Positions 30,186-42,081 of a stretch of 44,308 nt of DNA are shown here, piece by piece; the stretch's first letter is position 1; the number at the start of each line of letters is the position of its first letter. Position numbers and translations under genes: made by a program. The notes under the pieces were generated by a model. It saw nothing but the letters and a program-made list of their open reading frames with translations. It searched no databases and was not told the DNA's origin. Origin of the DNA: Candidatus Hydromicrobium sp. Lineage in GTDB: Bacteria > Actinomycetota > Humimicrobiia > Humimicrobiales > Humimicrobiaceae. The stretch is from the NCBI GenBank assembly GCA_036514675.1, contig DATBWS010000104.1, forward strand, positions 1 to 44,308, written 5' to 3'.

Positions 30186-31079
30186 ATGATTGCTGCGAAA
30201 GAAAAAATAAATAGTAAAATAAAAATAGTTATAATTACCGGATTATCAGGAGCGGGGAAGACTGAAGCCCTCAAGTATTTTGAGGATGCAGGTTATTATT
30301 GCATAGATAATTTACCGGCTCATCTTCTACTCAACCTTATTGATTACTTCTCTATAGAGGACAGAAATATTAGTAATATAGCTTTTGCCATAGATTTAAG
30401 AAGCGGATATTTTTTTAATGAAATATATAAAACTCTTGATAAGCTTAAAGAGAGGAAGATAGAATATAAAATTTTATTTTTAGAAGCTTCCAAGAGCGCT
30501 ATAGTAAAAAGATATTCCTTAACCAGAAGAAAGCACCCGCTGGTTGAGGATGGTAATCTTGGAAATGGAATTGAAAGAGAAATTGAGAAAATGAGTAGAC
30601 TCAGGGAAATAGCGGATGTAGTGATAGATACTACACTTCTGAACTCAAAGGAATTGCGGATGGCTATAACAGAATGCATGATGAGCGATGTAGAAAAAAG
30701 TAAACTTTTGCAAATATCCATTACTTCATTCGGATATAAATACGGTTTACCTGAAAGTGTGGATATTGTTATGGATGTCAGATTTTTGCCCAATCCATTT
30801 TATAACAAGGAATTGAAGGATCTGGATGGGAGAAATAGTAAAGTGATTGATTATGTTTTATACCGCGAAGAGACAAAAAAATTCCTGAATATGTTTGAAA
30901 AGATGCTTGATTTTTTGATACCTAATTATATTGCAGAAGGTAAGCGTTATTTAGGGATAGGCATAGGCTGCACCGGTGGTAAACATCGTTCGGTTGTTAT
31001 TTCTGATAAGATATATGAATATTTAAAGTTAAAAGGTTATTCTATCAAACTATTCCATAAAGATATTGATAAAGCTTAA
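30186..31079 (+). CDS. rapZ: RNase adapter / nucleotide-binding protein RapZ (YvcJ family)
   Basis: 297 aa. P-loop ITGLSGAGKT, DNLP, D.RFLPNPFY, and the C-terminal IGCTGGKHRSV. Confidence 0.92.
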   Translation: MIAAKEKINSKIKIVIITGLSGAGKTEALKYFEDAGYYCIDNLPAHLLLNLIDYFSIEDRNISNIAFAIDLRSGYFFNEIYKTLDKLKERKIEYKILFLEASKSAIVKRYSLTRRKHPLVEDGNLGNGIEREIEKMSRLREIADVVIDTTLLNSKELRMAITECMMSDVEKSKLLQISITSFGYKYGLPESVDIVMDVRFLPNPFYNKELKDLDGRNSKVIDYVLYREETKKFLNMFEKMLDFLIPNYIAEGKRYLGIGIGCTGGKHRSVVISDKIYEYLKLKGYSIKLFHKDIDKA

Positions 31080-31235
31080 TTAATCTTGTTGAAAAAACCT
31101 GTATTTCCATAGCCAGTAAGAGAAATATTCTATAAAAATATACTTTATTGATTTACTCAAATTTGTTAAAATTACACGGTTTGTATTTAAATTAAAAATA
31201 TTTTATTTGTATATATTTGTATGAATTAGTATTGA

Positions 31236-32276
<1,041 letters not shown>

Positions 32277-32356
32277 ATAATAAAATAAATTTAAATAATA
32301 AATAACCAGGGTCCAGTAACCTCGGTTGTTTATGAAATGAAGCTTTGGTGGTAAAA

Positions 32357-33547
32357 ATGTTTAATAAAAAGACAATAGAAGATATTAATGTCAGGAACAA
32401 AAAAGTACTGGTCAGGGTAGACTATAATGTTCCCCTGGATAATGAATTGAACATAACCGATGATACCAGAATAAAATTATCATTACCGACCGTAAATTAT
32501 CTGATTGAAAATAACGCTAAAATTATTTTAATGTCTCATTTGGGAAGACCAAAAGGAGAAATTGAGAATAAGTTTAAGCTGGATCCTGCAGCAAAAAAGC
32601 TGGGTCAATTAACCGGTAAAAAAATTAAGAAATTTGACCATATCTATTCCCAGGAAATCAAAGAATATATAGATAATGAAATGGATTATGGTGAAATTGT
32701 GATGCTTGAAAATCTGAGATTCGACCCTGGAGAAAAAGCTAATGACGTTGAATTCTCAAAGTCACTTGCGTCCCTGGCGGATATCTATGTTGATGATGCT
32801 TTTGGAGCTGCGCACAGGGCGCATGCATCTGTTGCAGGAGTGACAAAATATCTTCCTTCAGTAGCGGGATTTTTAATGAAGAAAGAGATTGAGGTTTTGA
32901 CATCTCTTCTGGAATCACCGCAAAGGCCTTTTCTGACTATTCTTGGTGGAAGCAAAGTTTCCGATAAAATAATGGTCATAAGGAACTTGCTGGGTAAGGT
33001 GGACAGCCTGATATTAGGCGGTGGAATGGCCTATACTTTCTTAAAAGCACAGGGATATGAAATAGGTAAATCGATTTGCGAGGAAAGTCAGATTAATTTT
33101 GCGAAAGAAATGTTTACTCTGGCTAAAAAAAATAATGTTAATTTAATATTGCCTATAGACATTGTAGTTGCAAAGGAATTTGACAGTGATGCAGAAAAAA
33201 AACTTGTATCTATACAATCAATACCGGTAGATTGGATGGGGCTGGATATTGGAGATAAAAGCATAGAATTGTTTAAAAAAGAAATTTCCAGGGCCAGGAC
33301 TATTTTCTGGAATGGTCCGGTAGGTGTTTTTGAATGGGCTAATTTTGAAAATGGAACAAAAAACATTGCAAATGCTATTGCCGAAAGCCAGGCAATTACC
33401 GTAGCAGGCGGCGGAGATACACTGGCAGCATTAAAAAAATATAATCTATCCTCAAAATTTTCACATGTTTCAAGTGGCGGCGGAGCTGCTATGGAATTAC
33501 TGGAGGGAAAAGAATTACCGGGTGCAGTATCTCTTTTAGATAAATAA
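32357..33547 (+). CDS. pgk: Phosphoglycerate kinase
   Basis: VRVDYNVP, SHLGRPKG, NLRF..GE, DAFG.AHRAH.S, GGSKVSDKI, GGGDT. The ATG at 32357 is preferred over the track's TTG at 32345. Confidence 0.95.
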   Translation: MFNKKTIEDINVRNKKVLVRVDYNVPLDNELNITDDTRIKLSLPTVNYLIENNAKIILMSHLGRPKGEIENKFKLDPAAKKLGQLTGKKIKKFDHIYSQEIKEYIDNEMDYGEIVMLENLRFDPGEKANDVEFSKSLASLADIYVDDAFGAAHRAHASVAGVTKYLPSVAGFLMKKEIEVLTSLLESPQRPFLTILGGSKVSDKIMVIRNLLGKVDSLILGGGMAYTFLKAQGYEIGKSICEESQINFAKEMFTLAKKNNVNLILPIDIVVAKEFDSDAEKKLVSIQSIPVDWMGLDIGDKSIELFKKEISRARTIFWNGPVGVFEWANFENGTKNIANAIAESQAITVAGGGDTLAALKKYNLSSKFSHVSSGGGAAMELLEGKELPGAVSLLDK

Positions 33548-33586
33548 TTGGAAATAATATAAATAATCTTGAAAGGAATTATAGAA

Positions 33587-34342
33587 ATGAGGAAGCCTTT
33601 TATAGCCGGGAACTGGAAAATGAATATGACCCATTTACAGGCTGTAAGCTTTATGCAAGACCTTGAATATAAATATAATAATAAAAATAATTGTGAAGTA
33701 GCCGTATGTCCGCCTGCAACTTCTTTAAAGAGCGTAAAAACCATAATTGACAGTGATAATCTTGATATTAAACTTGGCGCACAGAATATGTATTACGAGT
33801 CCAGCGGCGCATTTACCGGAGAAATTTCATCTATAATGCTGAAAGCTCTGGGTGTTGAATATGTAATAATTGGTCACAGTGAAAGAAGGCAGTATTTTGG
33901 AGAAACCAATAAGAGTGTTAATAAAAAAACAAAGACTGCTTTTAATGCCGGTTTAAAACCAATTATGTGTATTGGTGAGTCACTGAAAATAAGGGAAAGT
34001 GGTAAGGCTGAAGAATTTGTTCTGGGTCAAATTGAAGAATGTCTGAACGGTATTGATGAAGAAAGTATGGACGATTTGACTGTAGCATATGAACCAATAT
34101 GGGCTATTGGTACCGGCAAAACTGCAACATCCAAGGATGCCAATGATATGTGCCTGGCTATAAGAAGGAAAATTGGAGAACTTTACAACAAAAAGATTTC
34201 CGAGATTATAATAATTCAATATGGTGGAAGCGTTAAACCCTCTAATATTTCTGAACTTATGAATATGTCAGATATCGATGGAGCTTTGGTCGGTGGTGCA
34301 AGTCTGGAAGTTGATGATTTTATAGCCATAATTAATTATTAG
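33587..34342 (+). CDS. tpiA: Triosephosphate isomerase
   Basis: [36 protein letters not shown]. The ATG at 33587 (GAAAGGAA upstream) is preferred over the track's TTG at 33569. Confidence 0.95.
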   Translation: MRKPFIAGNWKMNMTHLQAVSFMQDLEYKYNNKNNCEVAVCPPATSLKSVKTIIDSDNLDIKLGAQNMYYESSGAFTGEISSIMLKALGVEYVIIGHSERRQYFGETNKSVNKKTKTAFNAGLKPIMCIGESLKIRESGKAEEFVLGQIEECLNGIDEESMDDLTVAYEPIWAIGTGKTATSKDANDMCLAIRRKIGELYNKKISEIIIIQYGGSVKPSNISELMNMSDIDGALVGGASLEVDDFIAIINY

Positions 34343-34349
34343 GATAGTA

Positions 34350-35906
34350 GTGACATATAAAGCAGGAGTGGTAAAACCGATTTGTTTAATAATACTGGAT
34401 GGCTGGGGCCTATCCGAGCAGATCGAAGGCAATGCTATTAAACTTGCCAAAACTCCCCATATGGATAATTACTATAAAACTTACCCCAATACCAGATTAA
34501 ATGCTTCGGGAGAAGCAGTAGGGCTTCCGGAAGGTCAGATGGGCAATTCAGAGGTAGGTCATCTAAATATAGGAGCGGGTAGAGTTGTATGTCAGGAATT
34601 TACCAGAATAAATAAAGAAATTAAAAATGGCGGTTTCTTTAAGAATAAAGTATTAATTAAAACTATCGAAAATGTAAAAAAAAATAATAGCTGTCTTCAT
34701 CTGATAGGATTGGTATCAGATGGCGGTGTGCACAGCCACATCAAACATCTCAAAGCTTTAATTGACCTGGCAAGTGACCATAAAATAAAAGATTTATTTA
34801 TACATGCCTTTCTTGATGGAAGAGATGTTCCTCCCAGAAGCGCCGTACCGTTTCTAAATGAAGTGGATGATTATTTAAAAAAGAAGGGTATCGGACGGAT
34901 TGCCACAGTCAGTGGAAGATATTATGGTATGGATAGAGATAATAGATGGGATAGGGTTAAGAAAAGTTATGATGCGTTAGTATATAGAAAAGGAAAGGAG
35001 TTTAAAACAGCTGCCGAAGTTGTTGAAACATCCTATAGTAATAATATAGATGATGAATTTGTTATTCCATCTATAGTGGAGAGTAAAGATAATGAGAAGG
35101 CTAAGATTAAGTCAGGGGATTCTGTAATATTCTTCAATTTCAGACCTGATAGGGCAAGACAGCTTACCAGAGCATTCATAAGTGATAGTTTTAAAGGGTT
35201 TGATAGAGGCCAGAAGCCGCCTAAAGTCCACTTTGTGTGTATGACTCAATATGACAAAACGTTTAATGCTCTAGTAGTGTTCCCTCCGCAGGAAATCAAA
35301 AATACCTTAGGAGAGGTTATATCAAATAATAATTTAAAACAATTAAGAATTGCTGAAACCGAGAAATATGCACATGTCACTTTCTTCTTTAACGGTGGTC
35401 TTGAAAAGCCATTTAGAGGTGAGGATAGAATATTGATTCCTTCTCCCGAAGTCGCAACCTATGACTTGAAACCGGAAATGAGCGCCTTTGAAGTCACCGA
35501 TGCCGTGGTAAGTAAAATTAAATTAAAAAAATATGATGTAATAATATTAAACTTCGCAAATCCTGATATGGTGGGCCATACCGGGCATATTGATGCTGCG
35601 ATAAAAGCTATTGAAGCAGTAGACAAATGTGTGGGAAGAGTGGTTGAAGAATTAATTACGAGTGGCGGACTGGCATTGATAACAGCGGATCACGGTAATG
35701 CGGAAGAGATGATAAATCATGTTGATAAGAGAGTTATAACCGCTCACTCCATATCATCGGTGCCTTTTTTGATTTGTAATTCAAAAATTAAATTGAAAGA
35801 AAAAAACAACAATTTTAAGTTAAGTGACATTGCACCCACGATATTGGATCTCTTAAAAATAGAAAAACCGGAGGAAATGACGGGTAGATCACTTTTATCC
35901 AGTTGA
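34350..35906 (+). CDS. gpmI: 2,3-bisphosphoglycerate-independent phosphoglycerate mutase
   Basis: 518 aa. [58 protein letters not shown] start. Confidence 0.95.
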   Translation: MTYKAGVVKPICLIILDGWGLSEQIEGNAIKLAKTPHMDNYYKTYPNTRLNASGEAVGLPEGQMGNSEVGHLNIGAGRVVCQEFTRINKEIKNGGFFKNKVLIKTIENVKKNNSCLHLIGLVSDGGVHSHIKHLKALIDLASDHKIKDLFIHAFLDGRDVPPRSAVPFLNEVDDYLKKKGIGRIATVSGRYYGMDRDNRWDRVKKSYDALVYRKGKEFKTAAEVVETSYSNNIDDEFVIPSIVESKDNEKAKIKSGDSVIFFNFRPDRARQLTRAFISDSFKGFDRGQKPPKVHFVCMTQYDKTFNALVVFPPQEIKNTLGEVISNNNLKQLRIAETEKYAHVTFFFNGGLEKPFRGEDRILIPSPEVATYDLKPEMSAFEVTDAVVSKIKLKKYDVIILNFANPDMVGHTGHIDAAIKAIEAVDKCVGRVVEELITSGGLALITADHGNAEEMINHVDKRVITAHSISSVPFLICNSKIKLKEKNNNFKLSDIAPTILDLLKIEKPEEMTGRSLLSS

Positions 35907-36047
35907 ATTTTTATTTTAGGCAGAAGTTTTATAATATACTATACTTATATACTTATAAAAATGTGTTTTTAATATATTATTTTTTTGATAAAATATAGGC
36001 CAGAAGCCAATTTGAGATTTTATCATGATTTTGGAGGAGATGAAGAT

Positions 36048-36281
36048 ATGGGTTCTATTTTTCTTAATATTTTGTTTTCGTTTCATATTATTGCCAGTTT
36101 GGGGCTGGTACTATTAATCCTATTACATGCGGGAAGAGGAGGAGGTATTTCCGGTTTATTCTCCGGCATGGTGGAAACTTTCGATGGTGCAGGAATTGTG
36201 GAAAAGAATCTTGACAGGATTACAATCATACTGGGCCTGGTTTTTACCGTTACCACTATAATGCTATTTATTTTTTTATAA
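36048..36281 (+). CDS. secG: Preprotein translocase subunit SecG
   Basis: 77 aa with two TM segments flanking LLHAGRGGGISGLFSG, the typical SecG Gly-rich loop. ATG at 36048 with GGAGGAG 8 nt upstream. The track's 35985 start adds a non-conserved extension. Confidence 0.8.
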   Translation: MGSIFLNILFSFHIIASLGLVLLILLHAGRGGGISGLFSGMVETFDGAGIVEKNLDRITIILGLVFTVTTIMLFIFL

Positions 36282-36390
36282 ATCAATTAAAATTGCAGGA
36301 TTATTATTTAGAACGAAAGGAGGTTTTAAAGTAAAAAATCTTGCAATACAATCATGCAATGTAATCACAGAAAGAAAGAAGGAGGCTTTA

Positions 36391-37980
36391 GTGAAAATTC
36401 ATAAAAAGCTTTATGTAGTAATGATAATGTTTGTTGTAATAGCGCTTATAGGAACAGTGTTTGTTGGCTGTAAAGAAGAAAAAAAGACAGGCGGAGAATG
36501 GAGAGGTTTCATAATGGAACCGGTGTCACTCGATCCGCCTAATTGTTATGAGAGCGAAGGAATACAGGTGGCAAGACAATTATGGGACGGTCTTGTTGAG
36601 TACGATCCTGAAACACTGGAAATCAAACCGGCTATAGCAGAATCGTGGGATATTAGCGATGACGGTCTTGTTTACACCTTTAAATTGAAAAAAGGTGTGA
36701 AATTCCACAGTGGAAGGGAACTTATTGCAGAAGATTTTGTTTATTCGTGGTCGAGAGTTGCCCGGGCAGAAACGGCATCTTACCTGGCATATCACCTGCA
36801 GCCGATTGTAGGTTATGATGAACTACAGGCAGGCGAAGGAGATACTCTGGAGGGTGTAAAAGCTCTGGATAATTACACCCTGGAAGTAACATTAAAATAT
36901 CCTTATGCTGATTTTATTAGTACCGTTGGCCATGTGGTATTTTATCCTGTAGCGAAAGAAGATATAGAGCAGTGGGGAGATGCATATAGTGAGCATGCAA
37001 ACGGTACCGGTGCATTCAAGTTTGTAGAATGGAAGCATGACCAATATATCCAGCTGGAAAGATTTGATGACTATTATGGGGAAAAAGCATTGCTGGAAAA
37101 AGTTAAATACGTGATCTTTGCCGATGAAGATACGGCTTTTCTGGAATTCAAAGCTGGAAATCTGGAATATACTGAAATACCCCAGGGCAAAATCCAGGCA
37201 ACACTTGACGATCCTGCTTATGGAGACAATGCTATAAGGAAACCATTGCTTGCGGTTTATTATTTTGCCATGAACTACGAAACCGAGCCGTTTAAGGATA
37301 ACCTGGCATTAAGAGAAGCTATTAATTATGCGGTAGACAGACAGAATATTATAGAAGTAATAATGGAAGGAGTTCCTACTACAGCAACCGGAGTAGTTCC
37401 CCCGGGAATACCGGGATTCCAGGAGAATGTATCTAAATATACCTATGATGTTGATATGGCAAGACAGAAACTTGAAGAAGCCGGATATCCCGATGGTGAA
37501 GGTTTGCCAACTCTACAGTTCGGTATAAACCTGGGAACCGTGCATGGTACCACAGCAGAAGCAGTACAGGCTGACCTGGCAGAAATAGGAATTAATGTGG
37601 AGATAGTAGGAATGGAGTGGGGGGCCGCTCTTGAAGCCTTCCAGAATGGCGAAATAGGATTTTTCAGACTTGGCTGGATTGCAGATTACCCCACGATGGA
37701 TAATTTCCTGTTCCCGCTGTTTTATTCCGAATCTACCGATAATTATCAGAGATATAGTAATCCGGAAGTAGACAGGCTGCTTATTGAAGCCAGGAGCACA
37801 AGGGATGAAGATGAAAGAATTGCAAAATATAGGGAAATTGAAAAAACAGTAGTTGATGATTCTGCGTTTATATTGATTTACTTCTATGGAAGCAGACGTA
37901 TTATTCAACCTTACGTTAAAGGTTTTGTACTTGATGCTATGGAAAACTATGACCTTAGCAAAGTATGGTTTGAAAAATAG
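36391..37980 (+). CDS. ABC transporter substrate-binding lipoprotein, family 5 (peptide/nickel, OppA/DppA-like), canonical domain order
   Basis: 529 aa. Signal peptide ending VFVGC (lipobox-like). Family-5 motifs appear in normal order (..AESWDIS.DG..YTFKL.KGVKFH.G.E..AEDFVYSW, GTGAFKF, ..REAINYAVDR). GTG start with GAAGGAGG 5 nt upstream. Confidence 0.88.
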   Translation: MKIHKKLYVVMIMFVVIALIGTVFVGCKEEKKTGGEWRGFIMEPVSLDPPNCYESEGIQVARQLWDGLVEYDPETLEIKPAIAESWDISDDGLVYTFKLKKGVKFHSGRELIAEDFVYSWSRVARAETASYLAYHLQPIVGYDELQAGEGDTLEGVKALDNYTLEVTLKYPYADFISTVGHVVFYPVAKEDIEQWGDAYSEHANGTGAFKFVEWKHDQYIQLERFDDYYGEKALLEKVKYVIFADEDTAFLEFKAGNLEYTEIPQGKIQATLDDPAYGDNAIRKPLLAVYYFAMNYETEPFKDNLALREAINYAVDRQNIIEVIMEGVPTTATGVVPPGIPGFQENVSKYTYDVDMARQKLEEAGYPDGEGLPTLQFGINLGTVHGTTAEAVQADLAEIGINVEIVGMEWGAALEAFQNGEIGFFRLGWIADYPTMDNFLFPLFYSESTDNYQRYSNPEVDRLLIEARSTRDEDERIAKYREIEKTVVDDSAFILIYFYGSRRIIQPYVKGFVLDAMENYDLSKVWFEK

Positions 37981-38046
37981 CAAAGATAGTTGTATTTTTT
38001 TAGTTTATAAAAAGGTAATTGATAAAAATTATAATTAGATAAAAAG

Positions 38047-38083
38047 ATATGCAACCTGCACCAAAGAGGTGCAGGTTGCATAT
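38047..38083 (+). promoter_or_regulatory. Perfect 16-bp intercistronic stem-loop between the SBP and permease genes
   Basis: ATATGCAACCTGCACC (38047-38062) pairs with GGTGCAGGTTGCATAT (38068-38083) around the loop AAAGA. No immediate U-tract follows, so it is more likely an mRNA-stability or partial-termination element than a full terminator. Confidence 0.55.
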
Positions 38084-38119
38084 TAAAGGTACTAAGTTTT
38101 TATTTTAATATAAGGTGAT

Positions 38120-39064
38120 ATGTTATTTTATATTATAAGGAGAATATTACAGATTATTCCAGTGCTGATTGGAATAACTCTTATATTGTTCACCTTGTTA
38201 TATATTATTCCCGAGGATCCTGCCAGATTAATTCTGCAAAAGGGTGCAACCGAACAGGCTCTGGAAAATTTAAGAGCTAAAATGGGTATAGATAAACCTG
38301 TATATGTACAATACTGGCGGTATTTGAAACAACTTTCAAAAGGTGATCTTGGTGATTCTTACCGGTACAGGAGGTCGGTAAACAGCATACTGGCCGAACA
38401 TTACCCCAATTCAATAAAATTAGCTTTGGCTGCAATTTTCATTGAAATTGTTATTGGAATATTTGCCGGGATAGTTTCTGCCGTAAAAAAGTACAGTTTC
38501 TGGGATACTCTGGTCACCATTTCTACTACGCTGGCTGTTTGTGTGCCTATATTCTGGCTGGGAATGATGCTTCAGGTGGCTTTTGGCCTGAAATTGGGCA
38601 TATTACCAATGTCTGGCATGGGTGACGGAAGCATCAGTTATTATATACTACCTTCAATTACCCTGGCATCAGTATCCACTGCTTTTGTAGCCAGGATGAC
38701 CAGAAGCAGCATGCTTGAAGTTATGTCAAATGACTATATAGTCACAGCATATGCCAAGGGACTTTCAAATTTTAAGGTAATCGTAAAACATGCTTTAAAA
38801 AATGCCCTTATACCGGTAATTACTTTAATCGGTCTGGATCTCGGTGCATTTATGGGAGGAGCAATACTTACTGAGACTGTTTTTAACTGGCCCGGTGTTG
38901 GCAGGGTTATATATCTGGCAATTTTACAAAGAGATGCTCCGGTAGTAATAGGTGGAACATTAATACTGGTACTTATCTTTGTATTTATGAATTTATTAGT
39001 GGATGTAATATATGCCTGGCTGGATCCGAGGATCAGGTACTATAAAAAAGAAATAAATATTTAA
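38120..39064 (+). CDS. ABC transporter permease (OppB/DppB-like)
   Basis: 314 aa, multi-TM. N-terminal MLFYIIRRILQIIPVLIGIT and the conserved loop AYAKGLS...VIVKHALKNALIPVIT. Confidence 0.9.
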   Translation: MLFYIIRRILQIIPVLIGITLILFTLLYIIPEDPARLILQKGATEQALENLRAKMGIDKPVYVQYWRYLKQLSKGDLGDSYRYRRSVNSILAEHYPNSIKLALAAIFIEIVIGIFAGIVSAVKKYSFWDTLVTISTTLAVCVPIFWLGMMLQVAFGLKLGILPMSGMGDGSISYYILPSITLASVSTAFVARMTRSSMLEVMSNDYIVTAYAKGLSNFKVIVKHALKNALIPVITLIGLDLGAFMGGAILTETVFNWPGVGRVIYLAILQRDAPVVIGGTLILVLIFVFMNLLVDVIYAWLDPRIRYYKKEINI

Positions 39065-39072
39065 ATTCTAAT

Positions 39073-39990
39073 ATGTATCCCGAAAAGAAAATCGAAGAGG
39101 AAAAAAGTTCGGAAATAACCGGTGAATTAATTCTGGAGAGAAAATATACCCGGTCATCGCTGTATAAAGATGCATGGAAAAGGCTTAAGAAAAATAAGCT
39201 CGCTATGCTTGGACTGGCAATTGTTATCTCTCTTATGTTAATTGCTATCTTTGCCAATTTTATTTCTCCTTATAATCCAATAGAGAGAATCAAGGAGGAA
39301 TATTTATTATCTCCAAGTGGGGCTCATTTTTTTGGAACGGACCTTCTGGGAAGAGATATATTCAGCAGGGTGATCTATGGAAGCAGGATTTCAATAGAGG
39401 TTGGAATTATCGCAGTTGGAATATCAATGTTTATAGGATTATTCTTTGGCGCGCTTTCCGGTTATTTTGGGAATATTTCAGATGCTGTAATTATGAGAGT
39501 AGCTGATATATTTTTTGCATTTCCCTATATATTAGGAGCAATAGCTATTATGACTATACTGGGACCTGGAATTATCAATATTTTTATAGCTATAGGCGTT
39601 CTGGGATGGGCTTATTTTGCGAGAATTTTTAGAAGCTCTATTTTATCTATTAAGAATAAGGAATATATAGAGGCAGCCAGGGCACTGGGCGCAAGCAATT
39701 ATAGAATTATTACCAGGCATATTTTTCCGAATGCAATGGCACCTATAATAGTATATGCGACTATGAATGTAGGCACAGCTATTATTGTTGAGGCGGCATT
39801 AAGTTTCCTGGGAATAGGAGTTCAACCACCAACTCCGGCATGGGGCAAGATGCTTGCAGAATCTCTTGACTATATTGATATTGCACCATGGATGATGTTA
39901 TTCCCTGGACTGGCTATTGTTATAACAGTACTTGGCTTTGTACTACTAGGGGATGGCTTGAGGGATGCTTTTGATCCCAAATTGAGATAG
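39073..39990 (+). CDS. ABC transporter permease (OppC/DppC-like)
   Basis: 305 aa. N-terminal OppC_N-like segment, GTD.LGRD.FSR, and EAA loop YIEAARALGASNYRIITRHIFPNAMAPI. Confidence 0.9.
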   Translation: MYPEKKIEEEKSSEITGELILERKYTRSSLYKDAWKRLKKNKLAMLGLAIVISLMLIAIFANFISPYNPIERIKEEYLLSPSGAHFFGTDLLGRDIFSRVIYGSRISIEVGIIAVGISMFIGLFFGALSGYFGNISDAVIMRVADIFFAFPYILGAIAIMTILGPGIINIFIAIGVLGWAYFARIFRSSILSIKNKEYIEAARALGASNYRIITRHIFPNAMAPIIVYATMNVGTAIIVEAALSFLGIGVQPPTPAWGKMLAESLDYIDIAPWMMLFPGLAIVITVLGFVLLGDGLRDAFDPKLR

Positions 39991-40028
39991 AAAAGAAAAT
40001 AACTATATAAATAATAATGTAATGAAAA

Positions 40029-41042
40029 ATGTCGGAAAATAACAAAGTTTTAGAAGTAAAAGATTTAAAAACATATTTTTACACCGATGAGGGTGTGGTA
40101 AAAGCTGTCGACGGAATAAGCTTCGATCTTGCATGTAACGAAACACTGGGTATAGTCGGCGAGACCGGTTCCGGAAAAAGTGTTACCGCACTTTCCATAT
40201 TAAGGCTTATTCCACAGCCTCTTGGAAAGATTATAAATGGTCAAATAATTTTTGACGGTAAGGATTTACTTAAAATAGACCTTAAATCACTTCAGAGCTA
40301 CAGAGGAAACAGGATTTCTATGATTTTTCAGGATCCAATGACTTCATTAAATCCGGTCTATACTATAGGTGATCAAATAATGGAATCAGTGATTATACAC
40401 CAGAAACTCGATAAGAAATCTGCAAAGAAAGAAGCAATAAGACTGCTGGAAATAGTTGGTATTGCAGAGGTAAGAAAATGTCTGGCATGTTACCCTCATG
40501 AATTTAGCGGGGGAATGAGGCAGAGAGTTATGATAGCTATGGCTATAGCAAATTCTCCGGATATATTAATAGCAGATGAACCTACTACAGCCCTTGACGT
40601 AACCATCCAGGCTCAAATACTGGAATTAATTGATGAGCTCAAACATAAAATGAATTCATCGATTATCTTAATCACTCATGATTTAGGGGTTGTGGCAAAA
40701 TATGCAGATAGAGTAATGGTAATGTATGCCGGAAAAACAGTAGAATTCTCATCAGTGGATAATATTTATTACAGACCTCTTCATCCTTATACAATTGGGC
40801 TTATGAATTCGATTGCAAGGCTGGATGAGGGTAAGAAGGGAAAATTGAAACCGATAGAAGGATTGCCGCCAAGTCTTATAGATTTGCCCAAAGGCTGTAC
40901 ATTCAGGGATAGATGTGTTTATGGTAAAGATGAATGTAGAGGAAGAGATTACCCCCCTCTGATCGAAATTGAAGAAAAACACTTTGTTGCCTGCAGCAGG
41001 TCAAAAGAAATACTGGAAAACAGGATTAAACAAGAAAGTTAA
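40029..41042 (+). CDS. ABC transporter ATP-binding protein (OppD/DppD-like)
   Basis: 337 aa. Walker A GETGSGKS, signature FSGGMRQR, Walker B ILIADEPTTALD, and the C-terminal oligopeptide-transporter domain with Cys residues. Confidence 0.92.
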   Translation: MSENNKVLEVKDLKTYFYTDEGVVKAVDGISFDLACNETLGIVGETGSGKSVTALSILRLIPQPLGKIINGQIIFDGKDLLKIDLKSLQSYRGNRISMIFQDPMTSLNPVYTIGDQIMESVIIHQKLDKKSAKKEAIRLLEIVGIAEVRKCLACYPHEFSGGMRQRVMIAMAIANSPDILIADEPTTALDVTIQAQILELIDELKHKMNSSIILITHDLGVVAKYADRVMVMYAGKTVEFSSVDNIYYRPLHPYTIGLMNSIARLDEGKKGKLKPIEGLPPSLIDLPKGCTFRDRCVYGKDECRGRDYPPLIEIEEKHFVACSRSKEILENRIKQES

Positions 41043-41052
41043 ATCAAGTATT

Positions 41053-42054
41053 ATGGGAAATAATATTTTACTGGAAGTAAGAAACCTAAAAAAATATTTT
41101 AATCTGGGAAGAGGATTTATATTTCAAAAGAGTGCCGGAATAGTAAAAGCGGTTGACGGTATTAGTTTTTATATTGATAAAGGGGAAACATTCGGGCTGG
41201 TAGGTGAAAGCGGCTGCGGTAAATCAACTACTACCAGAGTCATACTTAGATTAACTCCACCAACCGGAGGATCGGCTATATTTAATGGTGCGGATCTTTT
41301 TAAACTCGATAAAAAACAGATGTTTAAGGCAAGAAGGGAAATGCAGATAATTTTTCAGGATCCTTATGCTTCACTCTCTCCCAGAATGACCATAGGGGAT
41401 ATTATAAGTGAACCAATGGAAATACATAAAATCGGTAATAAAAAAAGTAGAATGAAAAAGGTAAAAGAATTATTAAGTGTAGTTGGTCTTAATCCCGAAC
41501 ATATAAATAGATATCCTCATGAGTTCAGTGGTGGTCAAAGACAAAGAGTTGGAGTGGCAAGAGCTCTTGTCTTAACTCCAAAGTTATTATTGTGTGACGA
41601 ACCTGTATCTGCTCTGGACGTGTCTGTTCAGGCACAGATTTTAAATTTGCTGACAGATCTGCAGAAAGAATTTAACCTTACCTATCTTTTCATTGCTCAT
41701 GATCTTTCTGTGGTAAAGCATGTAAGTGATAGAATAGGAGTTATGTATCTTGGTAAACTATTTGAAGTTGCAAGAAGCGAAGATTTATATATAAAGCCAC
41801 TTCATCCCTATACCATGGAGCTATTATCTGCGATCCCTATTCCTGATCCTGAGCTGGAAAGAAAAAGGAAGAGAATTGTCTTAAAAGGAGATGTTCCCAG
41901 TCCTATTAATCCTCCTTCAGGCTGCAGTTTTCATCCAAGATGTCCGAATGCTCAGGATATTTGCAGTAGAGAAGAACCTGAATTAAAAAATTATTCAGAA
42001 AATGAAAATGAGCATCTTGCTGCGTGTTTTTTTGCTGGAAAACCAATAATTTAG
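41053..42054 (+). CDS. ABC transporter ATP-binding protein (OppF/DppF-like)
   Basis: Walker A GESGCGKST, signature FSGGQRQR, Walker B LLLCDEPVSALD, and C-terminal PSG.C.FHPRCP. The ATG at 41053 (MGNNILLEVRNL) is preferred over the track's 40969 start, which overlaps the previous gene by 74 nt. Confidence 0.92.
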   Translation: MGNNILLEVRNLKKYFNLGRGFIFQKSAGIVKAVDGISFYIDKGETFGLVGESGCGKSTTTRVILRLTPPTGGSAIFNGADLFKLDKKQMFKARREMQIIFQDPYASLSPRMTIGDIISEPMEIHKIGNKKSRMKKVKELLSVVGLNPEHINRYPHEFSGGQRQRVGVARALVLTPKLLLCDEPVSALDVSVQAQILNLLTDLQKEFNLTYLFIAHDLSVVKHVSDRIGVMYLGKLFEVARSEDLYIKPLHPYTMELLSAIPIPDPELERKRKRIVLKGDVPSPINPPSGCSFHPRCPNAQDICSREEPELKNYSENENEHLAACFFAGKPII

Positions 42055-42081
42055 ATAAGAAGATTTTTCATAGGTGTATAA

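Noticed and set aside
33088-33744. 218-aa minus-strand ORF spanning the pgk/tpiA junction. Similar long antisense ORFs occur at 1773..2207, 12336..12806, 21727..22200, 26564..27016, 30344..30793 and 37513..37983.
   Set aside because: Each lies entirely antisense to a confidently identified, motif-rich + strand gene. They have no SD, and their translations are low-complexity (Ser/Leu/Phe/Ile-rich) with no recognisable domain. These are shadow ORFs typical of AT-rich coding DNA.
35985-36047. Upstream extensions of track ORFs: secG from 35985, oppF-like from 40969, tpiA from 33569, hisF from 13208, pgk from 32345.
   Set aside because: The extensions add non-conserved residues, overlap the preceding gene or lack an SD. 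Internal ATG codons restore the canonical N termini (MGSIF.., MGNNILLEV.., [34 protein letters not shown]) with better SD spacing.
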